From assembly GCA_048885865.1 (NCBI GenBank), contig JBHLLF010000003.1, positions 107,477-171,476 on the forward strand: a stretch of 64,000 bases of DNA. The letters run 5' to 3'. The stretch is from Candidatus Hermodarchaeota archaeon. Its GTDB lineage: Archaea > Asgardarchaeota > Thorarchaeia > Thorarchaeales > Thorarchaeaceae. Positions 27,757-38,208 of this stretch are shown piece by piece. The translations under genes and the position numbers were made by a program. The notes beneath the pieces were generated by a model. The model did no database searches, had not been told where the DNA came from, and was given only the letters and a program-made list of their open reading frames with translations. Position 1 is the first letter of the stretch; every line of letters starts with the position of its first letter.

Positions 27757-28257
27757 TCACGACATTTCATCAGGTATCTCGAGTCCAAGTGAACCCAATT
27801 TGGCAAATCCTTGACTATACAGACTCATATGATGACGAATGTCCTCCTCAATCTCAGCAAGAGAGGTCAAATAGGGGACAACCTCCTCCAGTCCACTTGT
27901 TTTGTATTCATCCATCATGGTGTGAATAACATCGCTCATACGAAGCATTGCCCCTTGAATCACATCACTCAGGTCAATCATTGATTGAACAATCTCACGA
28001 GCATCAGGATCGGGCATATAGGGCATGAAGTCTTCTAATGCCACAGCCGTTTCTTTCGCCTTATCAACTCGGCCAGGAATAATCTCGTCATACATCGAAT
28101 TCATCCAACCAAGACGTTCTTCCGATGTAAGTCCCCTCAGGTTCTCAAGCGAAAAATACCCTGTCCAAGGACCGAATTCAGAACTCTCGTAATAGATCCA
28201 ATTATCGAAAGCACCTAGAACTCTATGCCAACCTTCTGCCGTTTCAGACATGTTCAT
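27757..28257 (-). CDS. Hypothetical acidic helical protein
   Basis: 166-aa ORF with protein-like composition; no family recognised. Confidence 0.6.
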   Translation of the reverse strand: MNMSETAEGWHRVLGAFDNWIYYESSEFGPWTGYFSLENLRGLTSEERLGWMNSMYDEIIPGRVDKAKETAVALEDFMPYMPDPDAREIVQSMIDLSDVIQGAMLRMSDVIHTMMDEYKTSGLEEVVPYLTSLAEIEEDIRHHMSLYSQGFAKLGSLGLEIPDEMS

Positions 28258-28314
28258 CCCGAAAGTCTGTCATCAATGGAGGTTATAAACTAGCGCGAGC
28301 TACCAGGATATATC

Positions 28315-28986
28315 ATGAGGGAGATGCTTCTCGGAGATATATTGAGGATTCTGAAGGAGTCCAAGGAAGACAATTGCATCAAAGACGCCGAGAACACTCT
28401 TGACGACGTTCTAAAGGCAATTAGAGCTCGAAGATTGGACTCCGGTGCTTGGGAAATCGAGAGATCACTTCGTATTGATTTGGCACTTCGGGCGGTTTCC
28501 ATTGGAGCGGAAGTTGAGGATGTAGTCGACCTATTAACATGGAAGGACTTTGAGGGATTCGTCGCAAGCATATTGGTGGAGAACAACTTTCGGTGTGTTG
28601 AGAGTTTCAGGAAACGTGGCACAGCTGAAACTCTGGGAATGGAAATTGATGTGATTGGCGTTCGGGGTAATAGCATAGTTTCTATTGATGCAAAGATGTG
28701 GGGCATCAGGACTGGAAAGTCATCAGCATTGAAAACCGCAGCAGAAAAACAGAAGGAGAGAACGAAAAGACTCTGTGGGGTGATTTCACGTTTGGCGAAA
28801 GGACTGAATGGGCTGACCACAGGACAATACATATTGAAACCAGTTTTGGTGACTTGGATGGTGGAAGAGGTCGTCTTCCATGATGGCGTTCCTATTGTCC
28901 CAGTGTTCTTGCTGAATTCGTTTTTGCAGGACATATCCATCTATGAGGACATGATAGCGACGTCATCCTGTGTTTATGAGGGGTAG
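28315..28986 (+). CDS. PD-(D/E)XK nuclease, Mrr/NERD-like domain
   Basis: 'LTWKDFEGFVASIL', 'EIDVIG', 'IDAKMW'. Confidence 0.75.
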   Translation: MREMLLGDILRILKESKEDNCIKDAENTLDDVLKAIRARRLDSGAWEIERSLRIDLALRAVSIGAEVEDVVDLLTWKDFEGFVASILVENNFRCVESFRKRGTAETLGMEIDVIGVRGNSIVSIDAKMWGIRTGKSSALKTAAEKQKERTKRLCGVISRLAKGLNGLTTGQYILKPVLVTWMVEEVVFHDGVPIVPVFLLNSFLQDISIYEDMIATSSCVYEG

Positions 28987-29203
28987 GAGAATTATACATT
29001 CCAGCAATGATGTCTATTCGATGAAGACACGCGATCTTTGGTCAAGGGTGCAACAGTAAACGCAGCATTTAGTCTGTCAAGAGCACTCGCATCATAGGGG
29101 TCTGACCAATTGATTCCTAAACGATTGAGGTATATTTCTGTGGGGATGGTTCATCTTTAAATTGAAAAACGCGTCAAGCCAGACGACCTCCCCGGAAGGA
29201 TTG

Positions 29204-30100
29204 ATGATTTTGGCTCAATTCGGGATTGTATATCACGAGAACGTGAATAATTGGGCTACTGCAAGCCTAATGGAAGCCATCAAAGCTAAGGGACATATTC
29301 CTAAGCCATTCCGACTCCCAGATGTGGCTGCAGAACTGCCTCATAAGTTCACACATCTGGAGAATGAAGATATGTCCAACTTGGACGGTGTGATGGTTAG
29401 AACTGTTGGCTTTGGTAACGGTGACCAAATCACTTTCAGAATCAGCCTGTTAGAACACTTTGAGGATGCAGGAATCTATGTAATGAATCCAGCTTACTCA
29501 TTCAGAAGAGCCAAGGACAAGTATGCCACATTAACTGCACTTCACAAGGCTGGCATCAAAGTGCCAAGAACCTTCATTGGAGAGAATTTGGAAGCCGCAA
29601 TTGATTTTGCTGATGAGGTCGGTGATGTAGTAATCAAGCCACTAATTGGAGCAAGAGGCTTGGGTTCAATCCGAGCTCAGAACAGGGAACTGAACTATCG
29701 AGCGATGAAGTTCATACATCAGCTAGGGCAGGTCCTATATGTTCAGGAAATGATACCCAAACCGAATCGCGATATACGAGCTTTTGTAATAGGTAGCCAA
29801 TTGGTTGGAGCAATGTACAGATATCTTCCTGAGGACAAAGGCGATGAATGGAGGACCAATGTTCACGGGGGTGGGCACGCAGAGATGGCGAAGCTAGATG
29901 CAGAATACAAAGAGTGTGCGATAAGGACTGCAGAAACTTTGAAGCTCGACTACACTGGCGTAGATATACTGGAGTCTCCTGATGGCCCATGCGTCATTGA
30001 AGCAAACGCAGCGCCATCATGGAGTGCATTGTCTCGAGTAACTGGAAAAGACATTGCAGGCCTTATAGTTGACAGGTTGATTAAGCAGACTCGTGTATAG
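29204..30100 (+). CDS. RimK-family ATP-grasp ligase (alpha-L-glutamate ligase-like)
   Basis: 'DKYAT', 'VVIKPLIGARG.G', 'YVQE', 'WRTNVHGGG', 'GVDILE...IEANAAP'. Confidence 0.88.
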   Translation: MILAQFGIVYHENVNNWATASLMEAIKAKGHIPKPFRLPDVAAELPHKFTHLENEDMSNLDGVMVRTVGFGNGDQITFRISLLEHFEDAGIYVMNPAYSFRRAKDKYATLTALHKAGIKVPRTFIGENLEAAIDFADEVGDVVIKPLIGARGLGSIRAQNRELNYRAMKFIHQLGQVLYVQEMIPKPNRDIRAFVIGSQLVGAMYRYLPEDKGDEWRTNVHGGGHAEMAKLDAEYKECAIRTAETLKLDYTGVDILESPDGPCVIEANAAPSWSALSRVTGKDIAGLIVDRLIKQTRV

Positions 30101-30114
30101 ATTGTAGGAATTAC

Positions 30115-30867
30115 TCAATCCTCTGCGCTGATTGAGCTAAGAGCCGCTTCAACTTCCTCCAATGATAGAGGCTTGAAGATTCGTTCCTCAGTATCGATCT
30201 TTCCAATCTCTACTCTTCGAGGTCGCTCTGCAGGTTCAAGACTTGCAATTTCGCCACTTTTTAGAAGTCCTCTGAGGGCTAGGTCAGTTGCTTCGGGAAG
30301 AGAGAGTTCTTCCTTGTCTTTGAGGCTCTCTTTGAAGAAATCACGAACATCATCTGCCTCTCTGCCAATAGCTGCAGCCTTCCAACCCCAGAAGGAACCA
30401 GAGGGATCTGTAGTGTATAGCTGAGGACCATCATGGTCAACACCGCCGACTAGGAGCGACACTCCGAATGGGCGGACTCCTCCGTACTGTGTATGCAATT
30501 GCTTAGTGTCACAAATGTTGACTACAAGTGATTGAATAGAGATAGGTTCATCATAGCTCAGACGGTTAACCTGGGCTTGCACTCGCGCCTGGTCGATTAG
30601 CTTTCTAGCATCAGCATGCAAACCAGCGATTGCAGTCCCGACGTGGTCATCAATGAGCAGGATTTTCTTAAGGGTATCAAGATCGACCAAAGTGTGGGGA
30701 GAGCGTTTCTCTCCAGCCAAGACTACGCCATCAGTAGCCTTGACTCCAACAGCAAGAGGCCCATGACGAACAGCCTCAGTTGCATACTCGACTTGATATA
30801 ATCGGCCTTCAGGGCTAAATACCGTAATCGCGCGGTCATAGCCCATACTCTGTGTGGGACCAAACAT
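30115..30867 (-). CDS. psmA: 20S proteasome alpha subunit
   Basis: 'GYDRAITVFSPEGRLYQVEYA', 'GVRPFGVSLL', 'TDPSG'. Confidence 0.96.
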   Translation of the reverse strand: MFGPTQSMGYDRAITVFSPEGRLYQVEYATEAVRHGPLAVGVKATDGVVLAGEKRSPHTLVDLDTLKKILLIDDHVGTAIAGLHADARKLIDQARVQAQVNRLSYDEPISIQSLVVNICDTKQLHTQYGGVRPFGVSLLVGGVDHDGPQLYTTDPSGSFWGWKAAAIGREADDVRDFFKESLKDKEELSLPEATDLALRGLLKSGEIASLEPAERPRRVEIGKIDTEERIFKPLSLEEVEAALSSISAED

Positions 30868-30984
30868 GCTATGATAAACACTCCACTATTGTAAGACCCA
30901 AAACCGAAGGGGTCAAACTAATCTCACTTGAGAGGCGTTTAAAAACTCTCCTGTGTGTTTGTTCTTGAAAACCTTGGTTGAGAA

Positions 30985-31677
30985 CTATCGCCACTCGAGT
31001 CGCACGTCGATACTATCAGACATGTCGCGCGTTGCTGGCTCGAGCTCGGAAATATCTGGAACTTGCAGATAGGCTTTTTCTGATTGCCTAACCCCTGAGG
31101 ATGCCACATAGTTCTGGACAACATATTCGCCGCTGAATCCCAAATCGTCAAGCTCGTGAACGATCGCTTTGATGTCAGCAGGTGAGAGTAAACTTCCTGT
31201 GAAGGTTGTACGAGGCCAGAATTCCACATCAGAAGATATCAAGAGCTTCATCGAGTCCACAACCTTCGACCAAGGATCTGCTGTAGTTCTACTGATGCGC
31301 GTATAGATGGCAGGAGGAGCTTTTATGTCAAACCAGACGGAGTCCAGGAAGGGAAGGCATTTCTCGAGGATGGATGGGACTGAGCCCTGCGTATTCAGAT
31401 TCACATGCAGTCCTGTGGATTTCAAAGCTTTGAGCACTTCGGGCAAGTCTTGATGGATTGTGGGTTCGCCCCCCGTTACACAAAACCCATCCACAAGGTT
31501 TCCAGTGGTTTTCTGGACTATCTCTTCAACGGACATCTCAATTCCGGAGTCATGAGGTATTATTTCGGCGTTCTGACAGTAGGGACAATCGAAATTGCAG
31601 CCACCAGTGAATATGACTGTCACAGGAATTCCTGGGACATCTACCAAGCTGATGTCAATTATAGATGCAATTCGCAT
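30985..31677 (-). CDS. Radical SAM anaerobic ribonucleotide reductase activating-type protein
   Basis: 'FTGGCNFDCPYCQN' (CxxxCxxC), 'VTGGEPT'. Confidence 0.85.
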   Translation of the reverse strand: MRIASIIDISLVDVPGIPVTVIFTGGCNFDCPYCQNAEIIPHDSGIEMSVEEIVQKTTGNLVDGFCVTGGEPTIHQDLPEVLKALKSTGLHVNLNTQGSVPSILEKCLPFLDSVWFDIKAPPAIYTRISRTTADPWSKVVDSMKLLISSDVEFWPRTTFTGSLLSPADIKAIVHELDDLGFSGEYVVQNYVASSGVRQSEKAYLQVPDISELEPATRDMSDSIDVRLEWR

Positions 31678-31875
31678 AAGTAATGTCCAGCCTCAACAGT
31701 GGAGTACGTATGATGGATATAACTTCCCCTGTAGACCTGTGAATATTCACGAGAGAATACATGCTCTTTTCTAGTGAGACTATTCGAATAAGAATACAAT
31801 AGCTCGAAATCTCGAAGGACGTTACTATAACCTTTAAGAGGAACTAATAGGTCATCATAAGCGGGGACGTGTGCA

Positions 31876-32145
31876 ATGGCGAGTCGGAGTATCAACAGAA
31901 ACGCAATAATTCAGAGTACTCTCTTTCACATTCAACTGAAACAGTGTCAGTATATCGATGACTTTCCTGAGGCTGTGGCAGATGTCTTTGAGAATAATGT
32001 CCATCGAGGCAGACTAAAGAAGTATCAGGATCTGAAGAGAAAGCTGTACCGCATTAAGACAAGTTTCTTTGATGTAAATAGGAACATTGGGAAGAAGGAA
32101 TTCTTCGAATCTCTCTATGACCGAATTAAGCGTCGAATTAGTTGA
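31876..32145 (+). CDS. Small hypothetical protein
   Basis: 89-aa ORF filling the intergenic space; no motif recognised. Confidence 0.35.
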   Translation: MASRSINRNAIIQSTLFHIQLKQCQYIDDFPEAVADVFENNVHRGRLKKYQDLKRKLYRIKTSFFDVNRNIGKKEFFESLYDRIKRRIS

Positions 32146-32162
32146 AATCGGATATTGCTGAA

Positions 32163-33953
32163 CTAGATTTCTAGTTCATGCAAGGAGATAATGAATTTTG
32201 CACCATGACTCGGCTTTCCCTGCACACGATCTTGTACTTCGATTGCCCCGCCATATTTGCGAACCATCTGAGCCACAAGAGTCAGACCAACACCGCCAGA
32301 ATGTTTTCGCTTGTCGAAGATTGTCTTCTTTCGGGCACTGCTTATGCCAGGACCGTCATCAGAGATTGATAGTTTGTACATCCCGTTTTCCCTACTTCCA
32401 CCAACCCAGATTCGGGGCTTCTCTTTCGGATTATGTCTCGCGGCATTCTCAAGAAGGTTCCATATTAACTCTCCAAGCAATGTATCTGCTTTGACAAATA
32501 TAGGAGCCTCGATATCTTCAAGGAAAACCGTTGCACCATGGACTCGTGCCAGTGTGTTAATCTTCTCATCCAATATGCTTGTAAGCTCAATCTTCGTTGT
32601 GGGAAGTCTTCTATACTCACCTGCGCGCTTCACTTTTGTGATGAGCCTGTTACAGCGTTCTACAGCATCTAGGATGTCGTTTTGAGCGTCAACAAGATAT
32701 GACCTTGGTAGGTCAACATCCAGGAGGCCTGATGCTGTGATGATCACCTGAAGCTGGTTCGCAACATCGTGAGTAAGCAAATCCAGATAGAATTGAATTG
32801 TATCCTCTGCCTCCCTTTGTGCAGTTATCTCTGTGATTACAGCAAAGGTTCCATCGAAGATATCATCGTCTCCAAATAATGGCGTAGCTGAGATGATGGT
32901 CGGAACCGTTTCTCCATCTTTGCTTACCCATTCAAGTTCATAGCGAGCTCCTTTCCCAGATCGCCGCTCAGCAATCATGGTTTCTACCCAACCCGGATCT
33001 CGATCTTTGACGAATTGAACCCACTCCTGACCCAGTAGTTCCTTCTGCGTTCTGCCCAGCATTTCGCAGAATGCTTCGTTGGCATAGACCAGTCTGCCCT
33101 TTTCATCATCAATAGCCAATCCGTCATTCATCGTTTCAACAAGAACTCGATAACGCTCCTCGGTTTCCGCGAGAGCTTCCTGTTCCCTACGTCTATCAGT
33201 GATATCGAGGATGTGTACGAGGGTTTTTGTGGACCCATCGGAAGCCCTAGCCAACGAGACTCTGATGTCAACCATCAGGGGCAATCGATTCTTGGAGAGG
33301 ATTTGAACTGGATAGGTTTCTGGAACCTCCTTGCCATCTCTTCGTTCAGTGTATCTATCACTCATAAGAGTGGCTACTTCTTTTGTCAGAAATCCCCTAA
33401 AATCATGCCCAATAAGATCCTCTTTCGATCCGCCAAAAAGTGCGGCCAGCTGTTCATTGACATATTCAACCTTGAAATCATCGCCGACTAATGCAATGCC
33501 TTCATGTGTGTTATCAATCATTGATCTAAGGATTTCTTCATTGAAAGGGAAACTTGGAGAGAGAGAACCTGTTATGCTGACATCGCTTGCATAGACTCGT
33601 AGTCTCCGAGCTATTCCCTTGCCAATTGTCTGAAGTCGAAGCTCAGCATCAATTGTGGTTCCATCTAGTCTTTGAAGTGACATTGTCTGCACAATGAGCC
33701 GATTGCTCTTCTTTAACTCCTTAATTGCATCTTTGAAGCGGTCCTTGTAAGCAGACGGAATCAATGACTTGATTGAAAAACCCTTGAGATTTTTCCTGTC
33801 ATCGACCCGAAGAAGACGCTGAGCATATTCATTCATGTAAACAAGTTTTAGGTCCATCTTCGATTCCAACACTGCAAACGGAAATTCTTCTGCGATTTCT
33901 CTGAACTCTCGTAAGCCAGGAGAGCCAGATGGTTTTCTCGCACCTTTGCTCAT
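32163..33953 (-). CDS. Cytoplasmic multi-PAS sensor histidine kinase
   Basis: Three PAS repeats; H-box 'LTHDVANQL', N-box 'NLLENAARH', 'DDGPGI', 'GVGL'. Confidence 0.9.
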   Translation of the reverse strand: MSKGARKPSGSPGLREFREIAEEFPFAVLESKMDLKLVYMNEYAQRLLRVDDRKNLKGFSIKSLIPSAYKDRFKDAIKELKKSNRLIVQTMSLQRLDGTTIDAELRLQTIGKGIARRLRVYASDVSITGSLSPSFPFNEEILRSMIDNTHEGIALVGDDFKVEYVNEQLAALFGGSKEDLIGHDFRGFLTKEVATLMSDRYTERRDGKEVPETYPVQILSKNRLPLMVDIRVSLARASDGSTKTLVHILDITDRRREQEALAETEERYRVLVETMNDGLAIDDEKGRLVYANEAFCEMLGRTQKELLGQEWVQFVKDRDPGWVETMIAERRSGKGARYELEWVSKDGETVPTIISATPLFGDDDIFDGTFAVITEITAQREAEDTIQFYLDLLTHDVANQLQVIITASGLLDVDLPRSYLVDAQNDILDAVERCNRLITKVKRAGEYRRLPTTKIELTSILDEKINTLARVHGATVFLEDIEAPIFVKADTLLGELIWNLLENAARHNPKEKPRIWVGGSRENGMYKLSISDDGPGISSARKKTIFDKRKHSGGVGLTLVAQMVRKYGGAIEVQDRVQGKPSHGAKFIISLHELEI

Positions 33954-34088
33954 TGGAACCTAGTCTCCAGTCATATGGACGCGTTTATCCCTATTTGGGA
34001 AGTAAATTAAATGACATTGTATTATAAGAGATATTCAGCTGTAGCGATGAATCATTTGGGGCAAGAATGTGTTGATTTTTGACGCCTA

Positions 34089-35423
34089 TCAGGGGCGTCT
34101 TTGCTTGCCGTACCCAATGATATCATCGAATTTTAGAATAAGTCGATTCAGCCATGGGAAATAACGGACAACCCATAGCACAGCACGATGAAGTAGTCCA
34201 TCTCGCTTATTATAGGGACAGGATCTTATGCAATTGGAGCAATCACTCCCATTCTCAATCCAGAAGCCATAGCAGGTTTCTGGGTTCACAAACCACTTCT
34301 TGACACCCGGATTGTTAGATTTGGTGGCGCCAGACCAACCCCGATCTTTACCAACAGGAATTGACTTTGAAGGGCAATGATGGGCGCATTTCTCGCATAC
34401 GTCGCAGAAACGAATTACAGCGTCACAGAAACCATAATCTGGAGAATCGCTTAGTAAGGGCATATCTGTGAGAACCTTAGCAATTCTGACCCTCGGGCCA
34501 AACTCCTTTGTGATTAGCAGACCATGCCGTCCATACTGGCCCAGTCCTGCGTCAATAGCAAGAGGGACGCTGAGAGCTATGTCATTCCCGCAGGGAATTG
34601 CACCATATCCAAGTCTCCTAATGAAGGCCGTTAGCTCAATCTCAGCAAAGGCCATCATCGAATAGCCAACTGCAGTACTTGTAGCACTGGCAAATGCAGG
34701 TGACTTCGAGATGCCTTCATAGTCCATTTCAATGGCCATCACAATTGCATGACTGAAACGTTCAGGAACATGATAAGGCTCTCCACGCCGATTAACACTG
34801 TACAACCATCTTCTGTCCAAAGCAGCGATGCCAACAAGAGAAGCTCCGTAAATTCTTGCAGCTCTCTTGATTTCATCAGTGAGTTTCTTCGCGCCCCATT
34901 CAGCACGCTTTTCTAAATTGGAATCAGTTTGAGCATCTCCCAGAAGAGGGCCTACTACAGCAGCTCTATTGTCATACAATCTCCAACCAGCTTCTGCTCT
35001 TTCATATTCAAATCGGTCATACCCTGGTATGTTTCGAGAAACCATGGCTTCCCCACCGTAAAAGGCATGCTTACCATAGTGTTCGAAATCAGGATCATTG
35101 AAGACTCGAGCGAATATCATATCGCTCTCAGGAAACTGCTCAAGATCGTCAGCTGTCTGATATGGCCGAGTGTAATCCTTCCTGTGAGATGCTTCTTTCT
35201 GAGCCTTCAATTTTCCAGTCATTACGATTCTAGTGCTAGAAATGGCTCCAAAGGGGCAGGCTCTAACACAACCTAGGCAGTCTGTGCAATCTCTAACAAT
35301 TCTGGGATAGGCAGCGCCCTCTTCGAAAATAAGAGATGGATCCTCACTATGAAAACGATTACAAGCCGCTATGCATTCCCTATTGCACTCATTTGATTTG
35401 CATAGCTGTTGGTCGATGTACAT
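34089..35423 (-). CDS. Reductive dehalogenase (RdhA)-family cobalamin/Fe-S protein with an extra N-terminal Fe-S domain; no TAT leader
   Basis: 'GASLVGIA', 'PLAIDAGLGQYGRHGLLIT.EFGPRVR..KVLTD', 'FCDVCEKCAHHCP', 'CSNCIRSCPYN'. Confidence 0.85.
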   Translation of the reverse strand: MYIDQQLCKSNECNRECIAACNRFHSEDPSLIFEEGAAYPRIVRDCTDCLGCVRACPFGAISSTRIVMTGKLKAQKEASHRKDYTRPYQTADDLEQFPESDMIFARVFNDPDFEHYGKHAFYGGEAMVSRNIPGYDRFEYERAEAGWRLYDNRAAVVGPLLGDAQTDSNLEKRAEWGAKKLTDEIKRAARIYGASLVGIAALDRRWLYSVNRRGEPYHVPERFSHAIVMAIEMDYEGISKSPAFASATSTAVGYSMMAFAEIELTAFIRRLGYGAIPCGNDIALSVPLAIDAGLGQYGRHGLLITKEFGPRVRIAKVLTDMPLLSDSPDYGFCDAVIRFCDVCEKCAHHCPSKSIPVGKDRGWSGATKSNNPGVKKWFVNPETCYGFWIENGSDCSNCIRSCPYNKRDGLLHRAVLWVVRYFPWLNRLILKFDDIIGYGKQRRP

Positions 35424-35561
35424 CGCTTCACATTCCCAGACTCACCGGGTATCATTACAGCATCATTAAACACTTACTATGAGTACTACTTCTCAACCAA
35501 AGATTCATGGGTAGGTTGGATTACAGAGAGGAGTAATGCAGTGAAATTGGAGACCTGTAAT

Positions 35562-36467
35562 GTGTACAGCTATAGTGTTGAACAGAAAACATTGGAAATA
35601 GGATCTGTAAAGATAGGCGGGAATCCGGGCCTAATCCCAACAGTGATGGTAGGCTCTATTTTCTACTCCAAAGATAGACTCGTTAAGAACGCTGAGAGTG
35701 GAGAGATCGACAAGGTAGGCACCGAAACGATGTTGAGCCAACTTGCCGACATATCGGAGAGAACTGGACTTCCAAGTGTCCTTGATGTGGTCGCATCCTC
35801 TCCTCAAGCAATGGGATATTATCTCCGATATCTAGCAGATGCGACTAACATGCCTCTGTTAATCGATGGTTCAGGCTCAGCTGAAGTCAATATCGCCGGT
35901 CTCGAAACTGCAAAGGACGCAGGCTTACTTGATAGAGTTGCTCTCAACTCTCTCACGCCGGATGATGATGAGGCAATCTATTCTAAAATGGAAGAGGTCG
36001 GTCTCGGAAATGCTATCATCCTGACATTCTCCAACGTAGCAATGACTTCTGCCACGAAAAGAGCAGAGCTCGCTGTTGAGCTATATGGCAAGGCGAATGG
36101 GGCAGGAATTGACAACATAATGTTTGACACAGGAGTAGTTGATCTTCCAACCCTTGGACTCGCTTGTAGAGCACTCATGATGATAAAGGACAAGTTTGGT
36201 CTTCCAGTTGGATGCGGAGCGCACAATGCTGTGGCAATGTGGAATGGTCTTGTGCCGAAATTTGGAAAAGACGCAAAAACTCCTGCGTTTGTTGGATCAA
36301 ATCTCATGCCTGTAGCTTTAGGGGCTGATTTCGTTCTTTATGGACCAATCAAGCATGCCCCAGTAGTATTCCCATCAGTTGCCATGATTGATGTGGCTTT
36401 ATCTGGGAGTTTGATAGAAGAACGTATCAGACCAGAACGTCCGCACCCGAGATACCTGGTAGGATAG
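35562..36467 (+). CDS. MtrH/MtgA-family pterin-binding methyltransferase
   Basis: 'EQK...IGSVKIGGNPG..PTVMVGSIFY', 'GCGAHNA', 'GADFVLYGPI'; GTG start at 35562 inferred from the family N-terminus. Confidence 0.88.
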   Translation: MYSYSVEQKTLEIGSVKIGGNPGLIPTVMVGSIFYSKDRLVKNAESGEIDKVGTETMLSQLADISERTGLPSVLDVVASSPQAMGYYLRYLADATNMPLLIDGSGSAEVNIAGLETAKDAGLLDRVALNSLTPDDDEAIYSKMEEVGLGNAIILTFSNVAMTSATKRAELAVELYGKANGAGIDNIMFDTGVVDLPTLGLACRALMMIKDKFGLPVGCGAHNAVAMWNGLVPKFGKDAKTPAFVGSNLMPVALGADFVLYGPIKHAPVVFPSVAMIDVALSGSLIEERIRPERPHPRYLVG

Positions 36468-36475
36468 GAATTCTT

Positions 36476-38080
36476 GTGCCAAAGAAACGTGTCGTCTTCG
36501 AGCCTTCGGGGCTTCGAATCGCAGTTGAGGAATCAAACACTGTCTTGGATGCGGCACGAAAACTTGGTCTGCACATCCCATCCGAGTGTGCTGGAAGAGG
36601 CACCTGTGGCAAGTGTTTCGTTACAATGGAGCCAGCCGCAGAACCATCACAAGAAGACATGAAACACATTTCAGAAGTAGACATCGCGCGGGGGGTTCGG
36701 CTAGCCTGTGAACATAGGATAAAGGCCGACACCAGAGTCGTTATTCCACATGCGTCAAAAGCCAAGATACTCATAGATGGGATTACGAGCTCTATGGATT
36801 GGGATATTGACGATGGTCTTGCTGGTCAGATGGGCATAGCTATTGACTTGGGAACCACAACAATTGTTGCATACTTGATGAGTATGGAGAATGGAATTCA
36901 ATTTGGACAAACGGCATCGCTCAATCCACAGGTCATCTATGGTGAGGACGTTATGTCCCGCATATCTTATGCTAGTCTTGAAGAAGGTGGTGCGAAGATC
37001 CTCAGGGACATTGTCCTGCGTAGGCTTGATGAACTCATTATTGAGTTGACATCATCAACTGATATTGACATTGAAACTGTCACTAGACTGTCTATTGTTG
37101 GCAATCCTGCAATGCATCACCTATTGCTAGGATTGGACACCACCTCCCTGGGAAGGTCCCCCTTTGAGCCAGTAGTACGTGATGCTCTTAATACCAACGG
37201 AGACGTATTGGGAATCAAGTCTAATTCCAAGGTCAGTGTATATATTGCTCCGAATATTGCAGGATTTGTAGGGGGAGATACTGCTGGGTTCATTCTGTCA
37301 CAACGATTGGATGCCACTGATGAAATTGTACTGGGGATTGACATTGGAACAAATGGCGAGATCGTTCTCTCTGTTCGAGGACAATTATTCTGCTGCTCTA
37401 CTGCAGCGGGATCTGCCTTTGAAGGTGCTACGATTAAACATGGTATGAGAGGGCAAGAGGGAGCAATAGAGCACCTGTCAATAGCGAATCCAGAGGAGAA
37501 ACCTAAGATTTACGTCATCGGAGATGTATTGCCTAAGGGCTTATGTGGTTCAGCTATTGTAGATGCCACAGCCCAGCTACTAAAGTCCGGCATTGTTGAG
37601 CCTGGAGGCCTGATGCTAGATTCAACCAGAGTGATTCATACAGATGAGGGGAAAGCCTACATCATCGTCGATTCAGGGGAGAGCAACTCAGAAAGGCGTG
37701 TAGTTTTCACACAGACAGACGTTAGACAGGTGCAACTGGCAAAGGGGGCGATTCTTGCTGGAGCAAGCATCTTGATGGAGTCTGCGGGGATAGCGATATC
37801 GGACATCGATAAGCTGTTGCTAGCGGGTGCATTTGGGAACTACATCGATCCATTGAATGCACTTAGTATCGGACTTCTGCCTCCAATTGACATGGACAAG
37901 GTGATTCCAGTCGGCAATGCAGCTGGAGAAGGTGCTAAGAGAATGTTATTATCTACTAGAGAGAGGACGCTGATTGAAGAGATTGTCAAGAAGATAAACT
38001 ACCTTGAGCTAGCTAGATATGAAAACTTCGACAAGATTTTCGCCCGGGCGACTACACTTCAGGCAAGGATGCCTCTATAA
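36476..38080 (+). CDS. ATP-dependent corrinoid reductive activator (RACo/RamA-like ASKHA with a 2Fe-2S domain)
   Basis: 'CAGRGTCGKC...RLAC', 'DLGTTT', 'NPQ..YGEDVMSRI', 'DIGTNGE', 'QLAKGAI', 'AGAFG'. Confidence 0.9.
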   Translation: MPKKRVVFEPSGLRIAVEESNTVLDAARKLGLHIPSECAGRGTCGKCFVTMEPAAEPSQEDMKHISEVDIARGVRLACEHRIKADTRVVIPHASKAKILIDGITSSMDWDIDDGLAGQMGIAIDLGTTTIVAYLMSMENGIQFGQTASLNPQVIYGEDVMSRISYASLEEGGAKILRDIVLRRLDELIIELTSSTDIDIETVTRLSIVGNPAMHHLLLGLDTTSLGRSPFEPVVRDALNTNGDVLGIKSNSKVSVYIAPNIAGFVGGDTAGFILSQRLDATDEIVLGIDIGTNGEIVLSVRGQLFCCSTAAGSAFEGATIKHGMRGQEGAIEHLSIANPEEKPKIYVIGDVLPKGLCGSAIVDATAQLLKSGIVEPGGLMLDSTRVIHTDEGKAYIIVDSGESNSERRVVFTQTDVRQVQLAKGAILAGASILMESAGIAISDIDKLLLAGAFGNYIDPLNALSIGLLPPIDMDKVIPVGNAAGEGAKRMLLSTRERTLIEEIVKKINYLELARYENFDKIFARATTLQARMPL

Positions 38081-38208
38081 TGCCGTTGGCATAATGAAAC
38101 ATATATGGCAGGCTGTATGAGAACTTCATTGAGCGTGTAATGAATAACTCAAGCACCTAGAAGAATGCAGAGGTCGGCGGGCGATCGAATAGGAATGGTG
38201 CAAGGTCT

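Noticed and set aside
35409-35561. 51-aa N-terminal extension of the MtrH-like ORF
   Set aside because: It overlaps the divergent rdhA start and promoter region; family similarity starts near 35562.
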